Origin: the human T2T-CHM13v2.0 reference genome, Homo sapiens
Assembly (NCBI RefSeq): GCF_009914755.1
Contig: NC_060932.1
Strand: one strand, 5' to 3'
DNA: 64,000 nt
Position numbers and translations under genes: made by a program. Of the stretch, positions 16,287 through 30,039 are shown piece after piece (position 1 is the stretch's first letter; every line of letters starts with the position of its first letter). The notes beneath the pieces were generated by a model. It saw nothing but the letters and a program-made list of their open reading frames with translations, was not told the origin of the DNA and searched no databases.

Positions 16287-17579
16287 GAGGTTTTCAAGTT
16301 TTGCTCTTGACATTCACTCCCTTGATTGAGCCTGGATTTATTCTGTGGGTGGTGTGCGATGAGTACCCAATGGGACTTCCCATGCAGACAGCTCCCATCT
16401 CTGCTCTGTGTATTGAAGAGGGCCTCGCGACCCTGATCTGGCCCGCCCCTCCCGCACTGGTGAGCAGGCCTATTTCTGGGTGCGTTGTTCTGCCTCGCTG
16501 GGCAACTGTGGATCCCGGTAAGGACGCTGCACTCTCTTAACTGCCACAGCTTCAGCAGGACATGTGGTGTCTGCTGGCCCAGGTCTGCCTCCTCCATGAG
16601 CTTTTGCCTGGCTGTGATTCTCAGCCCCCTCCCCTTTCCAGCTGCGGAACCTGGAGCAACTCAGCCCTCTCCCCACTTTGAAACGGGGACCACGTGGTGG
16701 CCTCCACCCAGGGCTGAGCTGCAGCTGGAGAGGAAACGCATGCGTGGTGATGGCCCCGCAAATGCCTCTGGTGTGTTCAGTCCCTAAATATTCCTTCTCT
16801 CACAAGAGTGTTTGGCCATCTGGGTTAAACACCAAGCTCCCTGAAGGCCCAGTGTCTGAAGGCACCAGGTCTCCGTTGCCAGAAACACACTGAGGCACAG
16901 AGGCTGGCAGCTGACAGCCTGCAGGGAAGCTGTCCCCAACATCCTCGAACTCTGGGATGCCTCACAAGGAGGCCCCTCCCCCCAGGAGTGAGGGAAGGAA
17001 CCCACAGGCAGAGCCGGGCCAGCAGCTGGGACAGGGTGTAAGCCTGGCCCCCACACACACAGCTCGGAGGGCCACCCAGAGAAAGGTGCCTGCCCAGGAG
17101 AGGCAGGCAATGGCGGCCCCTCTAGCCTGAGCCCTGGACCACAGTTCTGGAGACATGGTGGGGGTTGAGGGGCTGAGGATGCACCCCGGCCCCGTGAAAC
17201 CTGCACGACCCCCCACCTCCAGCCAGCCGAGATGGAGGCCCAGCTAGAGCAGTGAGCGGCCCCTCCAGAGGGCTCTGGAAGACACAGGGGACTTGAAGCC
17301 GTGGTAACCATGGCGACTACTGTGGGAACATCAGGGACATTTAACAAAGGACGACTTGGTTTTCTGATTTTAGCTCTGCTTCCCAGCCGTACCCTCCGAT
17401 GCACAGCCCACCCCTTCTGAGACCTCCCCCAGATCAAGGTCATTTGTCCTGTCGTCCTGGGGGGCCCAGTGCAGAGGTTCCAATGCCCCCAGTGGCCACA
17501 TGTGCTCAACCCCTCAGGTAGCAGACAAGGCCCAGCACCCAGGAGGGATTGGAGCAGGGACCCCAGGTAGACTTGGGGG

Positions 17580-17760
17580 AGATGGGTGTTTGGAGAGAAG
17601 GGGGATGAATGTGTTTGGAGAGAAGGGGGATGCATGAGTTTGGAGAGAAGGGGGATGGATGAGTTTGGAGAGAAGGAGGATGGATGTGTTTGGAGAGAAG
17701 GGGGATGGATGAGTTTGGAGAGAAGGGGGATGGATGTGTTTGGAGAGAAGGGGGATGGAT
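17580..17760. repeat. 25-bp minisatellite, 7 units
   Basis: tggagagaag recurs at 17591, 17616, 17641, 17666, 17691, 17716 and 17741. Confidence 0.93.
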
Positions 17761-20602
17761 AGGAGCTGCTGACACAGGGAGGGGGGTCCAGCCAGGGAGA
17801 GGGGTTCTTCCGCCATCACCATCCACCGCTCACGGACCACCCACCGGGCACGTGCCCCCTGCTATCCAGTCCCGCTCATCAAACACATGAATTCATGATT
17901 TATGGCAGATTCAATGATCATTCTTTATCCCTCACCATTTCTTTTTACTTTATTCATTCATTTAACAAAATTACCGATCATCTGCTGAGGGGCTGGCTGG
18001 ACAGACCTGAATTCCAGGATCCCTGCTCCAAAGAGCCACACCCATCTCACCTGGGAGTGTGGGGACAGGGGAGGGAAGGCCAGGGTCAGTGGCCTGGGGA
18101 GGAAGAGTGCGAACCCAGCCCCAGCACCCACAGCCAAGCCACGCTGCTCCGAGCACCGCCATGGGCCAGGGAAGTCTGGGACCTGGCCTCACCGCTGCCT
18201 CAAAACCCTCTCTCACCCACCCAGAGATTTCCCAGCTGGACACTCAGCGGTTTTCCCAGAGCCTCTGGTTCTCCATTGCTGAGCCAGTGATGCATGGCTG
18301 CTTCCAGCCAGCCCCCAGTGCCGAGAGAAGGAGCCCCCGTGACATTAGGGGAACTTGAGGACAGTGGTGGGGAGGGCAGAGAGGCTCTGCTCTAGCCGGG
18401 GGATTCTGGAGCTTCAGCCAGGAGGGCCACTGTCAGGCGAGGGGCCGGGGGAGGCCCCCAGCCCCAGACTCTCCTGTTCCTTGAGGGCCTGACTCTCAGC
18501 CACTCCCACCTTCCAGTTCTCCAGGACGCCCCCACCCCAGTATCCTGCGGTGCCCACCTCAGCCCAGTCAGCATCGGGGGGCCCTGCCCCACCCATAACT
18601 CACCTATGCCCTCGCTGGGTGGCCCAGGCCCGCCCTCCCCAGGCCAGGTCCTGGGCCTCCTGGGCGCCTCCATCCACCCCATGCCCGTCAGGCCTCACCT
18701 CCTGCATCCCACCAGGACCTCCCAGATGGGCACCCACCCCCATCATGGGCTGCAGACTACAGCTGGCCAGCCTTTCTAGGATCCCAGACCTGAGCCCATA
18801 GCTGGGGCTCAAAGGCATTAAGGCCGGCCTGGTCCTCCTGGATTCAAGCTTCTTGGGCCACCAGGTTTTGTTCGTCACTGTCCTCTCTGTCCCCTAATAA
18901 CGTTCACTGCTAGAAATGACCACCTGACACACCCTCCCACGCTCAGGACCTGGGGCACAGGCCTCGCTGGTAAGAGCCCACATGGGAGGGGAGTGAGCCC
19001 CGCAGCTCAGGCATCAAGACTGCAGGGAGCAGCAGGTGCCCCCATCCCAGCTCTGCAGCCCCTGTCTCCCGCTCTGGGCCTCTTGGTTCTGATCTGCTCC
19101 TCTCTGCGTGTCTTAGCTGTGCCGAGGGGGCACGGACAGATGCATTTCAAACTCACGTCAGCAAGCATGGACAGGTGCAGAAACCAACACAAGAGAGAAT
19201 GAGCCACCGGGTGGAGTCAATCAATGAACACATTTAGCCCCCTCCCCTCCAGTTCACCCACACCCACCAGGTGGGGCTAGAGCCTTACAGTGGGAAGGGG
19301 CTCACGGGGGCCGGAGCATAAGGGGGGACCGCAGAGCCCAGGAGGAGCAGGGGCCACCGGCCACCCACGTGTGCAGGCCTTCCCTGCCCAGTGAGGGGAC
19401 AGAAGACCAGGCCTGGGACTCCCGGGCACCCAGGATGGGACAGCACAGGGAGGGCCTCAGAAATGCTCCAGGGCAGAGGGACAGACGCCAGGGAGAGGCG
19501 ATTCCAGGAACCACCCTCGTGTGCCCTTCTGGGGATGGGAGACGTCCCCTGCACCTGTGAGCTTAGGTCTGAGTCAGCATGTTCTGCATCCCTGCAGGAA
19601 ACACAGGGAGCAGGGGTGGTGGGCCTGGGACCCCCTGGGGGTGAGGCGTGGTCCACAGGCCCCTAGGCTGCAGGGGCCACAGGTTCCTGCCCTCAGTGGA
19701 GGGAGGACTCACTGGAGGCTGGGTGTGGGAAAACAGCACCCCTATGCTGCCCGGCCCTGAATCCCCCAGCCCACAGTGCCAGCACAGCCCCAGCACACAC
19801 GGAGCCTCGAAGTGCAGGGGTGAGCCCCAGGCCTGGGCACCACGCAGCTTCCAACTGGGTTCCTCCATCGGGCGCTGGGTAATCGCCAGCCCTGCTCCGC
19901 CTGAGAAGAAAGCAGGAGAGGTTCCCTTTAAGCATCGGAGGAGGGAAGATTTTTCTATGACTCAAATCCTGAAGCTGTAAGAAATAATGGTAATAGTGTC
20001 TCCATAAAAATTCAAGGAAAAGAAGCTTCCATGTGGCAAAAAAAAAGAAAAAAGAAAAAAAAACTCACAAAACACCATAAGCAAAATAAAGGGGGAAATG
20101 TGTGTCACTCTTATTATAAATGAAGGGCTTATTTCCCAGCTATGCAGAAAGTTCCCAGAAAAGAGTAAGGAGACCAACCATCCCACAGCAAAGGGACCGA
20201 GGTTATGAGCAGAGAGGCCAGAGAAATGGAAACCATCCCCACACACCCCCCAACAAAAGACAAAGAAATCAAAATGCCCAGAACGAGAAGACGGGCATGC
20301 ACGAACCAATAAGGGGCACGTGCCAGGAGCCAAGGGTGACGGCGCCTCCAGGTCCCCATACCTGTGGTCCAACTTCCAAAATTCAGAACACAGCTGCAAT
20401 GCCGTCTTTCATTGCTGACCAGACTCGCGGAAGTCCAACGGCAACAGAGAAGCTGTGGTCTCAGGCATCGCTACTGGAAGTGTGAAAGTGTGCAGCCCCA
20501 GGACAACCATGCTCACTCATCAGTTACAGGCCCAGCAAGACTGACTCTGGAGATGTGTCCCCACACGCAGCAGCTAGCTGACATGTCTGAGGCTATGCAT
20601 TA

Positions 20603-21068
<466 letters not shown>

Positions 21069-21888
21069 TCAGCTGTAAAGGACTTTCTTGTCCTTGTATA
21101 AAGACATCCTGAACGGGTACACAGGAAACCGGTCAGATAATGACAGGGCAGGAGACACACTTCTCAAGGTAGACTTCTTTTTTAATTGATGCAAGCGTTC
21201 TTACCTGTTTTTTTAAAAGAATCCAAACAGAGGAGCCCTTGAACCTCCTTGCCCCTTCCTGCTCCACGCCCCTGTCCCCAGCAGCCTCCCTCCAAGTAGG
21301 GTGAGGAAGGCACTAGCCTCCCTTCCAGGTGGCCTTGGCAGCAAGTGCTGGAGCTGGCCCTGCAGTGGGCCCCAGCCTGACCTGAAAGACCCACTGCTTT
21401 AGCCCCATGAGGCCCACGGGCTCAATTCCCCATGAGCCATGGACAGCAGCTCAGGCTGCCTGCAGAGCTCGTGTGCTCTGCCTTTCGCCTTCTCCCCTTC
21501 CCTGGACGGGGCTCTTCTCAGCAGCCATCGCTTTCCCAAACTATCCCATCAAAGCGGTTGTGTGCCTGTTTACCATCTGCACCACCCCTCCAAGCACAGG
21601 CCTGCGCACACACACGCGTGCTCACTAGAGGACAGCCACCTCCTCTGTCTCATCCACTGCTCTGTCCCCAGGACCTAGAGCCCAGCACTCAGCTCGCAGA
21701 AAGCAGAAAACTGAGCCCGTACGCATATAAAACTGTGGGCGTGCTCCTCCCCTTCCGACGCTGCACCCCCTGCTTCTTACCAGTAAGGCTGGTACCAACT
21801 CCTGGAGCCAGTGCTGGGCCCTTTACATCAGGGCTTCTAGGCGCGGGCCCTGTGCATCTGCCTTTGAACCTGCCTCCGAGGAGATTCT

Positions 21889-22000
21889 GATGCCCCTGGA
21901 GTTTGGGAGTGGATGGCCCTAGGGGAGCGTGCAGGGAGGAGATCCTGATGTCCCTGGAGTTTGGGAGTGGAGGGCCCGAGGGGAGCATGCAGGGAGGAGG
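21889..22000. repeat. Tandem duplication of about 58 bp
   Basis: gatg(c/t)ccctggagtttgggagtgga(t/g)ggccc(t/g)aggggagc(g/a)tgcagggaggag occurs twice. Confidence 0.8.
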
Positions 22001-22809
22001 AGGCTTTCCTGCACCCACCCAGCCTCCCTGTCTCCCTCAAGGGGAAGGGCCGCTTTCCTCCCCAACTTCGCGAAACTCAGGGAACTTCCAGTCTCCAGTG
22101 TGCGGATGTCGCGGGGAGGCCTGGGGATATCTGAAAACCACAAAAGTAAACATCTGTCTTGTAGAGCACGAAGAACCTGGGGGAGTTTGGAGAAAGCTAC
22201 AGGCCCCAGGAATAAAGTTGAGGAGGGAGGAGTGTTCATTCTCCCACTTCCCGCCACCTTCCGTCCACCCTGCCTGGACCAGCGTTCTGCCAACCTGGAG
22301 CAGAGGGCCAAAGGCGGGCTCCAGGATCAGCCCCGCCCCCACACCCACAGCACCCCCGTGAGCTGGGTGTGTCCTGCCTCACAGACACAGGACCAGGCCC
22401 CGAGAGGCTGCAGAACTTGGCCAGGGTCACACGGCCAGGAGGTGCTAGAAGAGAAATTGGAATCCAGGTAGCCTGATGTCCTCTGCGAATCCACTGAAGG
22501 TTTTGGTATGTCAGTGTCTGACTTCTTAGCTGTTTCCCAAGATAAAGTGGGCACAGTTAGGCCTCAATCCAGCTGGAGGTCCAACACAAAGGAAGGAGGA
22601 GACGGCCTAGACAGGCCCCGGCCCCACACGAGGGGGCCCAGCACCCACTGATCTTGCAGCTTCCCTGGCCCAGCTACCTCCCCAGCCCCCGGAGAGGGGA
22701 AGCAGGAGGGCTTTGGAGGCCCCACTGGGGAAGGTGAACCCCACGGACCCCCAGGCAGCCAGACTGCCCCAGAGCATGGGAGGTGGGAAATGGCTGTCTG
22801 AGCTCTGAT

Positions 22810-23400
22810 AAAGATATCAAAAGAAAAGCTACAGACACATCTCAGCCTGACTGTGATGCAGGTGTCTGCGACGCAAACATCCTAACCAAATATTGGCTAT
22901 CTGAATTTGGCAGTGATTTAAACGAGTAATACATCACAAATGCCAGGGCAGCTCACCACAAGGAAATCTAGCAATGGAGCTCGCCGCACTAACTATTCAT
23001 TAAATAGGAAAATATGGACTTAGAGCCATAGATCATGAAAGGGCATTTCTTTTAAGTTCATTCCTAATAAAAAGCTAAATGAAATATGAATAAGTAAAGA
23101 GTCTAGACTCAGTAAAGACTGATTTTGAAATCCAACAGCAAACACTAATTTGTGGCGTAACATGAAAGACCTCCCATTAGCACAGACACCCTGGTCACTG
23201 TTATTATTCAGCCATGCTTTGGAGGGCTCAGCTAAGGCAATAGAAACAAAAGCTGAACAGGCAATATAAGTACCGGGAAAGAAGCAACCAAATTATCTTT
23301 ATTTGCCAATTATATGGTTATATCCCTTGAACATCTAAGAGATTCTGCTAATCGTGGAATTCAGGAAGATATGCATTCAGAAATAAGCAGCCTTCACTTA
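22810..23400 (+). mobile_element. Ancient L1 ORF2 reverse-transcriptase remnant
   Basis: Degenerate DANIL.K.LA (22870), 'agctaaggcaatagaaacaaaa' and KLSLFA..MVI.L (23290-23330). Confidence 0.65.
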
Positions 23401-24999
23401 CTGCACCTGTGGTGTCATCTGTGGCTGCCTCAAGTCACCTGAACACGCTCTGAACATTTCTGAAAGTTCTGCATCGTGAATCCCATCTTCCTGTTGCAGA
23501 ATTCAGGAACTATATCGTGCAACCTCCCAGGCCCTAGGGTGTAGCTATGTGACTTCATCTCTGCCGGGGAGGCACATCCAGGCAGAACTCCTAAGGAAAG
23601 CTACGGAGGTGAGGTGCAGGCCTCCTTCCCTGGACAGGGGCAGGGGCAGCGGCCGTGCCAGCCAGGCCAGCCCTGGGTCTTTCCCGGAGGCCACGCCTGC
23701 AACCTGAGGCCCCAGCCCTCCCTGCAAAGCCCCTGTGAAGCCCTCTACTTAAACTCACTCTGGTGGATGCTGGCCTGAGCGGGCAGGGGACACTTGGGTA
23801 GAGGAGCACAGCCCAGAAACAGCTGAACGAGAAACACGACTTTACTGTTCCTACAATTTCTATTCCTAGACCTCTCCACTCTACCGGCTGGCAGGAACAT
23901 AGTCGTAGTGACTGCAGGTCTTCCATGCCTTCTTGCCCAGGGCTGTGTCTGTGCGGGGCTGTGGGCAGCAGGATGGCATATCTGTCCACTCAGGGTGTTT
24001 GTGGAGACACCACTGGGCCCTGGACCCTCAGCCCTTGGCCAGTGCCCGGTGCACACTGGCTGCCACCAAATGGCTTCTCCTTTATCTGCGTCCTAACCCC
24101 ATCCTCTGTTGGTTCTGAGGCTGCCAGGGGCCCACCTGCCCTGACCACCTTCACCCGGGGCCACTCTGAGGTCTTGGTGCTCTGGGATTGCTGCCCAGGA
24201 CGCCAGGTGCAACCTCTCTCTGGGACTCATCCCAGCCTCAGCCCTCAGCAGCTCCCCTTTCCCTGCCCGGGCTAGGGAGTCTCTCATCCTGGTTAGAGGG
24301 CAGTGCCTCCCTCCCGCTCTGTATCGTGAGACAAAGTAGCACACGTAGGAAGCTGTGTGTGCTCATCCTGCCTGCAGGCAGGATTTCCTGAGCTCCTGAC
24401 TCAGGACTGGGTGCAGCTTGTGGAAGGATGCCCCGGAGGCCATGAGTGGGCTACAGACCAGGTCCCCGTTCTCCTGCCTGAGTCACTGGGTTTTTAGAAA
24501 GATGAGTTCAATGATCCTGACTCTTGCTTCTTCCTGCATGAAAGATGATGATGCTGACAGGATTTGCAATTATGCCCCTAGGATCCGTGGCCAGATGCAG
24601 CCACACACCCAGCCCTGAGGCTCTGCCCCACTGTCACACCTGGGTACGTGCGGAGCCGCTGCCCACACGCAGGTTGTAGGCTGGAACAGCTCTGGAGCAG
24701 CCTACTAGAAACTCTTGGAAAGACCCCTCGGTTGTCATATTTAGCAAGGCTTCTGAATAAAACTAACTTCCATCCTTTAAAGCCTGAGTTTTCTTGACCT
24801 GGCAGTGTCTTGAGATGTTCTGAGAGGTTCCTCCTCAGACTCCTCCCTCTGTCTCACTGTCTGCCTCTGAGGGGCCCACAGCCAGGTGGGTCAGGCTTCT
24901 GGAAGCACCAGGACAGGGTTCCAGGGGACCTTGGTGTTCTGCCCTATCAGCCCCTCCTCTCAGGCAGCAAGCAGGCCTAGTCCACCTGCTTCAACAGAG

Positions 25000-26430
25000 T
25001 GGGAGACTTACAAAAAGAAATCACAAAAAAATAAAAAGCATCCACTCATCGCACCAACAATGGCCAGAAAAATGTGAAGGTAAGAAGGGAAATCCAATTT
25101 GCAACACCAAAAAACCATAAATTACCCAGTAATAAGTACATCAAGGAAGGAGCACAGCCCATCACTCAGTCCGACTCAGTGGGACATCGCTCAGGAGGCC
25201 GAGTGAAGAGGCCAGACACCAAGCTGCTGAGCGGGAGACTTGAAGCAGCCAAGACCGCAGCTCCCCCAACCTCACATGCAAGAGAGAGACAGTCCCGCCG
25301 AAATGCTAACAGCGTTAGCATTTTCTGCAACCGGAAAAATGGATCCCAAAACCCATCTGTAAGAATAAATTGTGAGAAGTAGCAGTATGTGTTTAAAAAG
25401 AATAACGTGGGGCCCTTGCCTTAACGAGTGTAAAACACGCCGCCCGGCTGCCATCGTTGAAACAGCATCACATGTAGATGACCCGTGACGAACCGACCAG
25501 TGCAATCCCAGTGAGCAGCGGCTCAGAAACAGCCTGCCACACGTGGGAAGGCATTGTACTATAAAGGCGGCATCTCAGATCAACGGGCGAAAGGCGGGTT
25601 GTTTAATAAATGACATTGAGGAAAAGTGGTCATTTGGAAGAACCTCCTACCTCCTGCCACATTGTAAATAAACTCCAGATGGACTGGCTATCTGAATACA
25701 GTAACCAAATCTGTAAAAATATTAGAAGAAAATACGGAACTCTTTTCCTAAGATAAAGGTAGAGGAAATTCTCCTAAGACATGAAGCCCCCACACCATAA
25801 AAGAACAACTAGTCAGATTTGACTGCATCCAACGTTAGAACATCCATAAATGCACGCTGAAAACAACGCAAACAAGACACGGGCAACAGACGGCAAGGAA
25901 ATATCCACACAACGTATGACACAGGGAAGATTCATGTCCCCAAAATATACAAAAGGGCAGTGCAAGTCAGTAGGACAAAGACAAGCAGCACGATAGGGGC
26001 ATGGGCAAAGGGTGTGACCAGGCGAGAGAGGAGAAGCACACGTGGCTGACACAGAAGGCGTGGAGATTCTCTTTGTCCACGAGGCGGGCAAAACGTTGCT
26101 GAAGGTGAACAACACTCATTGCTAGCAAGTGTGTCCAGAATCTTCAGAAGCAGCAACTTCATCAGATTTCTGCTCATTCATTGGCATCCATCCTACACCC
26201 ATCACCACTTGAGCCCATGGAGGTATGAGGACAAGGAGGGTCACTTCAGTGTTGCTGACAATAGACATTTGAGAACAAACCCTACACCCACTGATAAGGG
26301 ACAGTTACAAATGCACGGCTCCCTCATCCAGGGGAACCCTAAGCAGACGTTAAAGCCGGTCCACCTGGACACGGGGCCCTGGGATGACATCACCGGTGAA
26401 CTGCTCAGTAGAAAGGGTTGCATAGCAGAT
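25000..26430 (+). mobile_element. Ancient L1 ORF2 C-terminal / 3' remnant
   Basis: 'taaattacccagtaataagtacatcaaggaag', 'gtttaataaatgacattgaggaaaagtgg', 'aaataaactccagatggac' and 'accataaaagaacaactagtcagatttgactgcatc' follow L1 ORF2 order. Confidence 0.65.
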
Positions 26431-27689
26431 CAATTTCTCAGCACCGTCCATGTGCCCCGCTGGACCAAGGGCTTCACGCGGACGGTGAAGTTCAGCCCTT
26501 CAAAGACAACCTGTCAGGTGGGGACCACACTTAAACTCCTTCAGAGATGGGGAAACCCACTCAGCCAGTGCCAGCGGCAGCTTGGGAGCTGGCCGGCTTC
26601 CTGCCTGTCTGGCCCTGGCAGCCCCTCAGGGTGGGAGGTGATGGAGAGGTGAGGGCGTGCCCTTCTGATTGTATATGATTTTTCAAGAAGGTGGGAGAAT
26701 TTCACTCCTTTTTGTGTCTTTAAATACCTCTTTCAGATAATAAATTCAGCATACAAAGATTTATATGACAATTGGCTCAAGCCTCACCCCGGTGGGATGG
26801 CCTGTCCACGGCCTCCCTAGCTGGCCAAGGCTTCCCTCGGGGGTTCCATCGCTCCAGGGCTTCCTGCCTCCTGGGAATTCTCAGCTTCTCTGCAGTACCC
26901 CAGCCCCCAAAACAGGAGGCACAAGCAAGAGCAGCACACTTTACTGAAGGGTGGGGTGGGGGCGGGGGCTGCATCACAGAGCAGGTGGCCTTCAATGGAA
27001 AAGCCCCTTGGCTGTGTCCAGCAGGGAATGGGCACCAATGCCCAGGACCGCAGGCCTCCTCTCTCTTCCTGGCTCACCAGCCCTGGACCCAATTCCTCGC
27101 CATCCCTCATGCAAGGCCAGCCTTTACAGGAACCACTGCTTTCCCTAAGGAGCCCAGGACCCAGCAGTGGCCATGAGATTGGGTCAGCCACAGGTGGCAT
27201 GATGCAGCAGTGGCCAGAGACCAGGCCTCGGAGAAACCCTGGGGTGCCTGCCAAGCGGTGTGGTGAGCCTGGGCCGTGAGACGAGCCGCTGGTGGAGCAT
27301 CTAGCGTGGTGGCCGGTGGGTGTGGGAGGCTGGGCTGGATGCGGGGGTGCAGGGCTGAAACTGGAGCAGGAAGGATCAAGACATCACTCCAACATTCCCC
27401 AGGCCAAGTCTTCCCTGCCCCCTCACCCCACGGCACCCAGTCCCTCCGGGCCAGCCCACAGAGAGGTGTGGGCTTCCTCAACCCCTGGCCACAGGGAGTG
27501 GCCTCAGGAGCCCAACTCAGGGCCAGGAGTGGCCGGAGTGGATGTCCAGTGAAGAGGCAGGGTGAGGGAACAGGAGGACTCCACTCGGCCTGAAGCAGCC
27601 CCCAGGGGCAGAGACAGCTGGGGTGGGGGCGAGAGGAGGCCAGCACGCGTGGTCTCATCTGTGAGTCTGTGAGGGCACCGTGTGCACTG

Positions 27690-27975
27690 CACGCTGAGTG
27701 TACAAGGGTGGGTGTGCACAGACATGGGCATGCACGTGTGGGTGTGGGCACGTGCACTGGGACACGCCAGTTTGTGCCAGTTATGTGCATGCCCCAGCAC
27801 GTGTGCGCGGGGCACCTGGGGTGTGTGTGTGTGAAGGAGCAGGGCGGGCACGGGTGTGTGTGCACATGCTGGCTGCGTGGGCACCGTTTGTATGCTTGTC
27901 TGGGCATGAGTGTGTGTGCACATGCTGGCTGCGTGGGCACCACTGTTTGTGGGCGTGTCTGGTGTCTGTGGTGTG
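27690..27975. repeat. GT-rich low-complexity tract just past the LY6H 3' end
   Basis: (TG)n/GCAC mosaic with a duplicated gtgtgtgcacatgctggctgcgtgggcacc. Confidence 0.7.
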
Positions 27976-28263
27976 CTCACAGGATTCCGGTACCTCCCCC
28001 CAAGCCCACCCTGTGATCTTGCTCATCTCAGCTCTCACCCCATCACCCCAAGTGCTCCTAAACCTCACCAGGACCAAGCAGCCCCAGCACAACCACCCAG
28101 CACCCCAGTGCCCTGAGCCCAAGAGCCCAAGATCCTGGCTGAGCGCCCGCCCTGCCCCCAGCCCCTCCGCTCCCTCAGCACCTCATTCCCAGCTCTCTGC
28201 CAGGAACCCTTTCCCGCCCCCGACACCCAGGCTCAGACCCGGGTCTCAGGACTCAAAAGTGAC

Positions 28264-28269
28264 TTTATT
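28264..28269 (-). terminator. LY6H: LY6H polyadenylation signal AATAAA
   Basis: Plus-strand tttatt about 310 nt downstream of the stop codon. Confidence 0.8.
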
Positions 28270-28579
28270 TCTCCGCAGAAGACGCCCTTCCAGCTGGGCT
28301 GTTGCTTCACTTCCCCTCCGGGACCTGGGGGTCCCCCCCCACCCTCATCCCCAGGCCTCCTGCCCAGATGGCCTGGTTTCCTGGAGATGTCCAGCTGCCT
28401 GGGACTCAGAGCTGGCGGAGAGACAGGGAGGCTTCACGTCGGGGGAGGAGTGAGAGCCACAGGCCACAGCCACGGAGCTGGGCCAAGGCTGCCCCCAGCC
28501 CCAGCCACGCCAGGCTGGGGAGAGGGCAGCCACAGGCTCAGGGGAGCAAGCTCAGAAGCCCCGTGGGAAGGAGGAGACA

Positions 28580-28815
28580 TCAGGGCCCAGCCCAGAGGAG
28601 GGCAGGCCCCAGGCTGAGCAGGAGCCCCCCGGCCAGGGCCCAGGGGCTGTGCCCTGCCCCTGCCGCCCCATTGCACAAATCCTTCTCGCAGCAGTCCACG
28701 TCGACCTTTAAGATCCCAGAGTTAATAAACCCCATCAGATAGTCTGAGAAAAAGTGTCGCTTAACGAAGTCACAGGAGGAGGCACACATCTTGTTCACCG
28801 AGTGATCCTTCCTGC
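28580..28815 (-). CDS. LY6H: LY6H last coding exon (Cys6-10 and GPI signal)
   Basis: Acceptor TTTCTCTTCCCAG|. Encodes RKDHSVNKMCASSC...CCEKDLCNG...LLWAGP followed by TGA; lies inside track ORF 28580..28942. Confidence 0.96.
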
Positions 28816-29978
28816 CTGGGAAGAGAAAGCGTGGCCTGGGACGGGGGCTCCTCCTGGGCCCTCTCTGCCTCATCCCGAGGACCCAGCCCAGGCCCCTCCG
28901 GGTCAGCTCGGGGCCCCAGTAGGCAGGGCCGAGTCCCTCCACCCTCCCACGCTGGCCTCAACTAGATGAAAAGGGCCACCAAGGAGCCAGGGGGGGACAG
29001 CAGGACAGTATCCTGCCTGCCGCCCCACGCTCTCACTCTCGTCCCAGGCCAGAGGGGCTCCGAGGACACCTCTGACCTCTCTCAAGAGCCTGGCTTTTAG
29101 CACATTCCCCACCACCCTAAGTCCCAACTTACTGCTGCTGGGATCGGTGATTCGGACACTGGCACACACCGTGTCGGACGGCTGGCACTGCTTTGGGGTG
29201 CAATGGCTGGAGTTGGTGGTCAGGGTGCAGTCCTGGCACCACAGGCCATGAGCTGGGCAGGGCATGGGGAGGAGGGTGACCAGAGGCACTGGGGTCCAAA
29301 CCAGGCAGCCCCCTGCGCCCCCCACCCATCCCCCTGCTGCAGGCACTCCTGGGAGAGCCCGACCCCACGGGAGGGAGCAGGCCCCCATGACCCCTGGAGG
29401 GGGAGCAGAGGCCCTGGGACAACTGTGCCCCATCCTGGCAGTTTGAGGGGAGCCCCTATGGCCCCTCCCTGGCCCCCATGCACGTGCGTGCACACACACA
29501 CACAAACACACACACGGGCTATACAGACCCCACACCGACAGTGCCCCCCTCACACTCCCGCCCCGCCTCACATATCCCCCCCAGAGGTCCGTGGGTTCCA
29601 AGCTGTGAAGGACCAAACTGGATTTGAAAGGAGGCCCGGGAGGCTCTCAGAGGTGACGGATGACCAAGGGCTTCCGTGCGGGGCCAGCCGCCCACCAGTT
29701 CCAGGCCCTGGAGGAAGAGCGCTGGAGAGAGCCCAGTGCCGGGGCAGAGGGGCCGAGGGCCGGGCTGGGGTCGCAGGGGTCCCGGAGGGGGCGTGGGCTC
29801 TATGCGAAGTGCGGTGGGAACCGTCAGAGGGTGGCAGCCCCACACCCGGCTCTCCCGCGGCGCCTCGGGCTCTCCCAGGCACCTGACCCAGCCCGCGGGC
29901 CCCCTACTCACCGGGCGCCGAGCACAGCAGGACGGCCAGCAGCGCCAGGCCGAGGCCCTTCATGGCTGCAGGCAGCAT
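28580..29978 (-). CDS. LY6H: LY6H, lymphocyte antigen 6 family member H; spliced CDS join(29978..29912, 29252..29133, 28815..28580), 140 aa
   Basis: Manual splicing at GT/AG sites gives 67+120+236=423 nt: MLPAAMKGLGLALLAVLLCSAP/AHGLWCQDCTLTTNSSHCTPKQCQPSDTVCASVRITDPSS/SRKDHSVNKMCASSCDFVKRHFFSDYLMGFINSGILKVDVDCCEKDLCNGAAGAGHSPWALAGGLLLSLGPALLWAGP*. It has a signal peptide, a 10-Cys LU domain ending CCxxxLCN, a hydrophobic GPI signal and phase-1 introns. The sequence matches human LY6H as I recall it. Confidence 0.97.
29133..29252 (-). CDS. LY6H: LY6H LU-domain exon (Cys1-5), 120 nt
   Basis: Acceptor CTGCCCAG| and donor |GTAAGT. Encodes HGLWCQDCTLTTNSSHCTPKQCQPSDTVCASVRITDPSS; lies inside track ORF 28903..29616. 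Confidence 0.95.
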
Positions 29979-30039
29979 GCTCCGGGTGGGCCTGGGGGCG
30001 GCGCGGGGGCTTGGGGCGCGGGTCCTCTGGGGCGCAAGC
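29912..30039 (-). CDS. LY6H: LY6H signal-peptide exon (ATG at 29978; in-frame upstream extension LAPQRTRAPSPRAAPRPTRS)
   Basis: Acceptor CTCCCCTCCAG| at 30040 and donor |GTGAGT at 29911. Encodes MLPAAMKGLGLALLAVLLCSAP. Confidence 0.92.

Noticed and set aside
17480-17545. Minus-strand 'VLGLVCYL' / 'WNLCTG' Ly6-like fragments
   Set aside because: Second Cys missing, immediate stop, motifs in different frames and no suitable splice sites.
24250-24355. Minus-strand CAG|...VCYF...HC exon-like segment
   Set aside because: Only two cysteines; not an LU pattern.
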